A stretch of 64,000 nt of DNA, from assembly GCA_030704615.1 (NCBI GenBank), contig CM060732.1, forward strand, positions 22,010,001-22,074,000. The letters run 5' to 3'. Under the pieces are notes generated by a model. That model saw only the letters and a list, made by a program, of their open reading frames with translations. It was not told the origin of the DNA and made no database searches. Below are positions 62,701 to 64,000 of the stretch, one piece after another. A program made the position numbers and the translations under genes. Origin of the DNA: Takakia lepidozioides (Eukaryota; Plantae; Bryophyta). The stretch's first letter is position 1, and each line of letters begins with the position of its first letter.

Positions 62701-64000
62701 CGGCACATAAAGACGTTTTTGCTTATACCGGAGCAGTCCATTTTGCAAGTGGAACTGCGATTTAACCCCCATCCTCAAGTCCCGCGTCACGGACTTCACC
62801 ATCTCATCCTTTCGGTAAGCCTTCCGAATCTTCCTTTGGAGCGCTGCCCCTGTACACCATCATGAGCTGCTGCTTTCTACTTAAAGCATCGGCCACCACA
62901 TTGTCCCGTCCTGGTTTGTACTGGATATCCACGTCGAACAGTGCCAAGGTGTCTTGCCACCTAATTTGTTTTGGGGACAACTTAGGCTGCGTGGCAAAAT
63001 ACTTCACCGTGACATTGTCCGTGAACACCTTCACCGGGTTGGAGCCAATATAGTGGCGTCAAAGCTCAAGGCAATGCACCACCGCCTTCATTTCTTTCTC
63101 GTGCGTTGGCCACCGCCGCTCCATTTCATTCAGTTTCTTACTTTCGTAAGCCACTGGACGTCCCTCCTGCATGAGTACACCTCCAATTGCGAAGTCCGAC
63201 GCATCTGTATGAATCTCAAATGGGCGGTCGAACTTCGGGATTTTCAGGACTGGAGCTTCCGCCATCCGCTGTTTCAACTCGGCAAAAGCTTGGCCACAAA
63301 AGGTGTTCCATACCCAGACTTTGGATTTACACAGGAGGTCTGACAACGGCCCCGCGATCTTGGCGAAATTTCTCACATACTTTCGGTAATAGGAGGCGAG
63401 TCCTAAGAAGGATCGCACTCCTGGATCGAAGTCGGAGGCTCCCAATCCAAGATTGCTCTCACATTTCTGTCATCCATTTTGATCCCATCCTGTGTAATCA
63501 CATGCCCCAAGAACTCCACTTTTGTGACCCCGAATTCGCACTTTGAAGCTTTGGCATACAGCTTCCCTTCCCGTAATTTCTGGAACACCCTTTTGAGGTG
63601 CTCCAGGTGCTCTTCCTTTGTTTTCGAGTACACCAAGATGTCGTCGATGTACACGATCACAAAGTCGTCCAACCACTCCTAGAAAAGGTTGTTCATTAGT
63701 GTGCTAAAGGTTGCGGGTACGTTGGTGAGCCCAAAGGGCATCACCAAGAACTCATAGGAACGCGGTCTTTTCCTCATCTCTTTCCGCCACTCGAATTTAA
63801 TGATATCCGGAGCGCAAATCGATCCGGCTGAAATACTTCGCTCTTGCCAACCGATCGAAGAGGTCATTGATCCTTGGCAAAGGGTATCGGTTTTTGATAG
63901 TCACCTTATTCATAGCCCTGTAATCGACACACATCCGCAGAGTCCCATCATTCTTGTCTGCGAATAGCACCGGGGCTTCGTAAGGTGACTTACTCGGCCG
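59751..64000 (-). mobile_element. Ty3/gypsy chromovirus (RT-RH-INT-chromo, 3' LTR); degenerate, runs off window
   Basis: [51 protein letters not shown] on minus; chromodomain YEVEAV..YLVKWKGY on plus (inverted block); putative LTR end at 59751. Confidence 0.92.

Overview
Eukaryotic nuclear DNA, most likely from a non-seed land plant (inferred from a PLS-DYW PPR gene, a sulfite reductase with a C-terminal extension, a bacterial-type class IV HDAC, RTEX-like LINEs, chromoviruses and a piggyBac). Two host genes look intact, both on the minus strand: an 8-exon sulfite reductase (44218-49458) and a histone deacetylase-family gene (about 32963-42580) whose last intron holds two LINEs. The rest is a transposon mosaic. 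(1) 1-13770 is the right part of a large DNA-transposon-like element with a decayed hAT (BED/DUF659) transposase, palindromic GCGACCGCC arrays upstream of its minus-strand promoters, and cargo ORFs: an RNA polymerase II CTD-like heptad-repeat protein, a RING-H2 protein and an orphan nuclear protein. (2) A PPR-DYW pseudogene is interrupted by an intron-containing ADIP/MSD1-like gene fragment, and its 5' region recurs twice more. (3) A piggyBac with both ends and a TTAA duplication spans 24799-30125. (4) A CACTA element starting at 51716 disrupts a second PPR gene and carries a TnpA-like gene and a minimal SET-domain ORF. (5) Two Ty3/gypsy remnants are present, one with an internal inversion. 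The strongest candidate for an undescribed system is this pair of cargo-bearing DNA transposons: they encode putative chromatin/transcription effectors (SET, CTD mimic, RING E3) and share a non-coding module. All domain calls come from reading motifs by eye; no searches were run.
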